Positions 57,714-64,000 of a DNA stretch of 64,000 nt are shown piece by piece. Made by a program: the position numbers and the translations under genes. The notes under the pieces are model-generated. The model was given only the letters and a program-made list of their open reading frames with translations, had not been told where the DNA came from and did no database searches. Position 1 is the stretch's first letter; every line of letters begins with the position of its first letter. The stretch comes from Octopus sinensis (taxonomy: Eukaryota), in contig NC_043005.1 in the NCBI RefSeq assembly GCF_006345805.1, positions 14,942,001-15,006,000 on the forward strand, read 5' to 3'.

Positions 57714-58468
57714 TGATGGCCGGCGGGCGAAATTTTTTACCCCCACGAGAGATCCGGACCCCTTCCTTCCTTATGAACTCATTTGCATACAGCCAATCAG
57801 AGCTCAACTATCAAACTAGTGTCCACCTAGTCACGAAAATACTCTGGTTGAGTTCAGTGGAAAATATGCGTTATAGCAAAATCAAACTGTTCTAAACGGG
57901 TTAATAGGGTTGACCAATGTGAAATTTAGTGTATAAAGTGAATGGAGAACTGCTCACCGATGATGCCATAAGTGTTGCAAATTCGCGTAATTTACTAGAA
58001 AGTGTAAATAAGTGTAGTTTCAAACTTTTTTGACTGATTTTGTACATTCCTAATTTAAAATGTTGGTGTTGATCTGGAAACATCGTAATCAATATGGCGT
58101 TTTGTCGTATTGCACCCTCCTAGCATAGGTTCGTGCAGCATCACTAATCTCAGTCTAAGCATAGGTACCTAATGTTATCTCCATATAGAGACGGTGCTCA
58201 ATTGATCTATAAGGATGGGGGCGGAGGATGTGGTGCTTATGTGAAACCTGCTATGCTGTCCTCACAGAGTGACATACACCATTCTATATGCGGACTGGCC
58301 GTACTATAGTAGTACAAGGTATGTCGATTTTCAAGGTAAGCTCTGATTGGCTGTATCAAATGAGTTCATTACTGGGATCCGGAACACTCGTGGGAAAAAA
58401 ATTTCGCGTCCGGTGGCCTATAAAACCTCCCTCCATTTTGAACAGAGGTTATAGGCCACCAGCTATTA

Positions 58469-58526
58469 GGGTCTGATGAGTTGCTTGTAAAATTAAGCGT
58501 TTTATGGACGCGAAACTGGTTAACCC
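58469..58526 (+). ncRNA. Hammerhead-like motif in the right inverted arm
   Basis: GGGT-CTGATGA-GTTGCTTGTAAAAT-TAAGC-GTTTTATGGACGC-GAAA-CTGGT-TA-ACCC. Confidence 0.6.
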
Positions 58527-58560
58527 CATGAACCGGCCATAATTATCTCTCTTAAATATG

Positions 58561-58605
<45 letters not shown>

Positions 58606-58727
58606 GGGATTATATCCAAACTTACAGGGAAAAATTAGATTTAGGATTAAATCAAATTTCACAGTATAATATAAATTAAATTAGAGATTATTAGAGAGTT
58701 GCCTAATAGTGGTTTTTATCTCTAATT

Positions 58728-58778
<51 letters not shown>

Positions 58779-58787
58779 ATGTGAGTG

Positions 58788-58818
<31 letters not shown>

Positions 58819-59687
58819 ACGTGCGTGTGTGTATAATGCGAGAAAAATATGAAGCCTGAAGTTGTTATTTCTTTAATCTCATATCTTTACGAATGTTTCT
58901 ACGAGCGATGATCAAGATCGAAGAATGATTACAAGTTTTAAAAGCAATTTATGATAACCATTCAATCACAGATTGTATTTATAATTTGTCATTATTCATC
59001 GAACTTCGTTGTCGATTGCGGAAATGGCCGTAACAGATGTGAAACAAAGTAATGTCAACGTCATGCTTCCTGTTCTCTCATAATAGATGTGCTCTTCGTA
59101 TTGCGTTGTAGCCCTTCATTTATTCAATAGAGCCCAACAAGGTAACGCAACAGAAGGTGTGTAACGTAAATACTTATAATAAGCCGCAACCAACAATTGT
59201 GTCGCGCGCCTGGCGCATCTGTTTCCCAGTATATGTGTGTCTGCTCGTGTGTGAGTGTGTAAGTTTTCCTTTAATTTCTACGTACCACCAGAATGTAAAC
59301 CTCTTCCGGTTTGGTGACTGAACAATTCAAAATAGTTAATGAAATACAGTTTTGAATTAGGCAGCATCGTCTACAGAGAAAATAACAAATTTCAAATTAC
59401 ATCAGTGACCCAAGAAAGGTATGCACAAATATGTTGTAGAATATGCTTAAGTATATCATATAATATAACAGGGGCGGACCCAAAGGTGGGCATGAGGGGC
59501 ATGTGCTCCCTCAAGAAAAGAAGTGCGTCCTTCTAAATAATGTTATTACGTTTTTTGTCCTGGAATTGTATTTCTTTCTGACTTAGTGCCCTCCCTTCGA
59601 AAATTTTAAGGACCGGCACTGTATAATCTCCTAATATAATAATGAGCGTAGTGTTTTTATATATTTTGTGTGTATATATATATATTT

Positions 59688-59740
<53 letters not shown>

Positions 59741-59999
59741 GTGTGTGTGTGTGTGTGTGTGTGTGTGTCCGTGTCCAAAATCACGCAGTAGGAATGAATG
59801 GTGAAGGGAGAGGAGAAAAAATAGTAACTCAGTGAAGGAGAAGTAGTAAGAGTAATAGCTATGACTGAGAGGGAGTGAGAGAAAGTAATAGGAATGGGAG
59901 AGGGGAAGTGGCAAAAAGAGCGTCGCGTATCTTCTACTATAATAATCTACCATAATAATACTCTTGTGTATTTGTGTATAAATGCAAAGGGTAACATAG

Positions 60000-60471
60000 A
60001 TCCTTGAAAAAAACTCTTAACAAATGCCAAACTTCACACACCACATCCACCCACATCAGTTAAAAATGTGCACGTCCTAACTGTTGTACCTGTCCCTTCC
60101 TACTTGAAGGCTCTGAATTTACTTTCAAACAAGGAACAAAGTTTAAAATCAAGACCAACTTCTCTTGTTCTTCCGAGAACCTCATTTACGTCCTTACATG
60201 CGCAGGTTGCCAACACAATTATATCGGACAGATGAGCTTTCCTTTACGCAGAAGAGTAGCAGTCCATAAAGAACAGATAAATCTACCACAATACCGTCAA
60301 ATTCCACTCAGTAGCCGCATAGACTCTTGCGCTAGAAATAAAAGTCCCAAATTTCGTATATTCTCTTACTATCAATGTAAAGACAGACTCTCTACACACG
60401 AAAGAATCAACAAGGAGAATCTTTTTATTGAAAAATTCCAAACGCTTCTTAATGTGCAAACTCCACGGTGA
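60000..60471 (+). pseudogene. Penelope-like retroelement remnant: Cys-rich linker plus GIY-YIG endonuclease
   Basis: In-frame translation KCARPNCCTCPFL...NLIYVLTCAGCQHNYIGQMSFPLRRRVAVH...KENLFI...LN. Stop/frameshift at 60061. Confidence 0.85.
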
Positions 60472-60744
60472 CCATATTCCGTTTTCTAGCATCCTGTTTG
60501 ACAAAAAATAGATATAAGCATCCTGTTTGATAAAAAAATCCAGCATTCCAATTAAAGAGTATAAAACCCACAGAATTGTCTCCCCTTATTCACAGGAACT
60601 GAATAACTCCTATCCCATATATATATATATACACTTGGACATTTTCCTACTGTTCTTAACATGAAACAAATAAAGAAATTATTTATCCATGAATGTGGTG
60701 TTGAGCACTCATTCCAACCTTCTACATTTACACACACACACACA

Positions 60745-60813
<69 letters not shown>

Positions 60814-60861
60814 TACACATACATACATACAAATACACATATACATACATATATATATACA

Positions 60862-60964
<103 letters not shown>

Positions 60965-62351
60965 TGTGATAAATAAAAATATATGCATACATACAACATA
61001 TATGTACGTACCTACATCTACATGTATATATACATGCATATATAAATAATTATACGTGAGTACAGGACACCACAATAAGACGTAGAAACGGGAAAAATCA
61101 AAAAAACAAAAAACAAGAAAACGAAAAAACAAAAAACAAGAAAACGACAAAAAAGTTACAGGACGTGCTACACAAGGAAAAAACCCCCGTCTGTGTATAT
61201 GTCTATGTGTCTGTGTATATATGTTTGTATGTGTGTATGCATGTATATATATATGTATATGTGTACAAATAGATGTATATGTATGTAAATAAAACACTAA
61301 ACGCATCGGAAATAGCCTTCCATCAAGCCCATCGCAATAAAATATCAATATAATTAAAACACTTAAATTCTTTTCTCTTGCTAGGTCTCAGGATCTATAT
61401 ATATTCCCCAATAGTGACTCTAGATATATATTAAAACTATAGTATGGCTTCCATGATGGTCCCAGAAAATGCCTTAGCGGTGAATAGTGGTTGAACTTTT
61501 ATGTAGCTTAGTCAAGCCCCATGCTGAAGAACTGCTCATATATATAGGATAGTGTTACTGCTGCATAATCAGCCATTATAGACCGCATACAACAAAATGC
61601 AATTCGAATGGTTCGAATGATAATTCATGCAGCAACAAATTATAGTCACAAGCTCATAGATATTCTGTTTCGTCACTCAACACGTCAACCGTTGCAACAA
61701 CGACATTTGTCCTCTTAAACATTTAGCTGTATATTCCTACTTAAATCTGCCTTAAACACTTGAGTCTCTTTTCTGAGTTTCAGTTTTTATTGTCCGTACA
61801 AGACACTTAGCCAATCCATCTTCTCAAGAGTCCCCCTCCAGTGAAAATCCCTGGCTGCCTCCCCCCCCCTGCAAACAGTAGCCTATATGATGATTAGTTT
61901 GAACATAAACCGCATCAATTTCATTTATCTAAGAGGATCTCTGTCAGAATTACTGCTTTTCCTATTCCTTCTGCTCGCCTAATTAGACAAATGAGTCTTT
62001 GCAGATCAAACTTATTGTTACTATATTCTTCCTTCAATCCAACTATCGTCTATCCTCCATGACGCGAACACGTTGCAACAGGTATTTTCCCATTCCGTCT
62101 AATTATTCTTCATTGAACAATTTCTGTTGCTGAAGTTCCTCATCATCATCATCATCATCATCTTCATTTCCTTCATCATCCTTCTCTTCATTTCCATCAT
62201 CATCATCATCCTCTTCTTCGTATCCTAAGTAGTTTTTAGACAGTAGTCTTCCGAACTTCTGTCCTGTTCGAGTAGGTTTAGAACTTCTGTTAAAGATTTA
62301 CAATCAGAGTTAATTGCAACTGAACACTGATAAACAAACAAACAAACAAAC

Positions 62352-62385
<34 letters not shown>

Positions 62386-62483
62386 AAGAAGAAGAAGAAG
62401 AAGAATACATACAATGAGCTTCTCTGCCCTAGGTGTACGGAAAACACTCGGCGAGAGATGGAAGAAAATTTGAAGAAAGAAGG

Positions 62484-62516
<33 letters not shown>

Positions 62517-62571
62517 TAATAATAATAATAATAATAATGATGATGAGAGGAGGATGATGATGATGATGATA

Positions 62572-62609
<38 letters not shown>

Positions 62610-62893
62610 AAGAAAAAAGAATAAAAATTAACTTTCTAAAACGTCTAAAAAAATCCAGGGCGTCCACAGATTTAAGGTATAATCCTTAGTTGATAGACTC
62701 ATTATAAAGCATTCATTAATTTGAGAGCCCTTCAACCATACTAATCAACTCGGTATGTTCTTTCAGTAAAATATCAACGATAGAAGAAGCAGAGTACAAA
62801 AGTCGTTTCGGCAATAAGCATAAAAAAATTAGAAGAAACCAATCAGAAAACGTCCGCTAATTAAACAAATGAGTCTTTTGTGACTTACCTTTA

Positions 62894-62897
<4 letters not shown>

Positions 62898-62958
<61 letters not shown>

Positions 62959-62982
62959 ATATACATATATATATACATATAT

Positions 62983-63062
<80 letters not shown>

Positions 63063-63092
63063 GTATATATATATATATATATTATATGTATA

Positions 63093-63123
<31 letters not shown>

Positions 63124-63182
63124 GTATATTATATAGATATATATATATGTATATATATGTGTATATATATATATATATATAG

Positions 63183-63221
<39 letters not shown>

Positions 63222-63234
63222 ATAATATATATAT

Positions 63235-63279
<45 letters not shown>

Positions 63280-63305
63280 ACGTACACGCGCGCGCACGCA
63301 CACAC
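62898..63305. repeat. (TA)n-rich microsatellite
   Basis: Directly visible in the sequence. Confidence 0.97.
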
Positions 63306-63599
63306 ATTCTTTTCTGTTTGAAACAATAGTTAGACTAATAAAGATTATTGGTCAGCAATAGAAATTGTTCAACGAAGAGTAATTAGACAGAATGGGGGAA
63401 ATGCCTGTTTCAACGTGTTAGCGTCATGGAGTGTAGACAATAGTTGGATTGAAGGAAGAATATAGTAACAATAAGTTTGATCTACAAAGTAAACTGGTTC
63501 CTGGGCAGCGGTCGTAATATCGAAAGGGAATAATATTTTTAAGACAAACGAAAAGGGGAAAGAGAAGCAGAATAAATATTTTAATACGCCAACCTACTT

Positions 63600-63850
63600 C
63601 GACGATGTCTAACCTTTTGGTTTTCGTCCACATTTGTTTTAATGAAAACAAGAGACAACAGCCATTTGGTCAATATGAGAAATGTCTGGAGCACTATCAA
63701 AAATAATGCTATAATATTTATATTGTTTCACTTCATCGATAACTTTCTTTCTCACTTGATCTCCCAAGACATTCACAAATTCATTCTGAATTTTTGGAGA
63801 GACTCTGAAGGTGCGATGTGCAACTAGTGCAGTGGTTGCTTGGTGTAAGT
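63600..63850 (-). mobile_element. hAT (ZMYM1/DUF4371-like) transposase fragment
   Basis: SPKIQNEFVNVLG...KYYSIIFDSAPDISHIDQM. Confidence 0.8.
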
Positions 63851-64000
63851 TGACCAATTAACTCTTCCTTCTGGCCAGTTTGTCCACATCACTTGTAATT
63901 TGTGATGTCCTACTCTCTTATACAGGATGTGCCAGTATGGTGCTATTGATATGATATATTGGATGTATATCAGTATGTAAGGGAGGTGAGGATTTAACCA

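Larger units (their letters stand above)
57622..58558. mobile_element. Element with diverged ~185-220 bp inverted arms, each carrying promoter-like motifs and a hammerhead-like motif (Penelope pLTR / retrozyme-like)
   Basis: 57622-57804 is a diverged reverse complement of 58339-58558, e.g. atgaactcatttgcatacagccaatcagagct versus agctctgattggctgtatcaaatgagttcat. Confidence 0.65.

Noticed and set aside
59469-59621. hAT-like MITE
   Set aside because: The TIRs are imperfect and there is no matching 8-bp TSD, so it is not listed as a feature.
62795-62850. Minus-strand CTGAT...GAAAC motif
   Set aside because: The core is CTGATTG and stems I and II cannot form.

Overview
This is AT-rich, repeat-dense eukaryotic DNA, most likely from an Octopus/cephalopod; that assignment rests on my recognition of the SINE families and was not verified. 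The only well-supported host gene is the 3' end of a CCDC14-like coiled-coil gene on the + strand, with three phase-consistent exons at 9357-9550, 11134-11262 and 13856-14705. There is also an orphan candidate exon on the - strand (23159-23283) and a CpG-rich housekeeping-type promoter near 31.8-32.0 kb. The rest is mostly transposable elements and microsatellites. Retroelements include two abundant tRNA-derived SINE families, RTE, Tx1/L1, R4/Dong-like and Penelope-like (GIY-YIG) remnants. DNA elements include three mariners, a Chapaev-like element, hAT fragments, Helitron-type and piggyBac-type MITEs. Most ORFs in the supplied track are microsatellite artefacts. The most interesting signal is non-coding: five hammerhead-ribozyme-like motifs. 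Two of them sit in the diverged inverted arms of a ~0.94 kb element (57622-58558). Each lies downstream of a CCAAT/octamer-like/E2F-like cassette, and the two copies show compensatory base changes in stems I and II.
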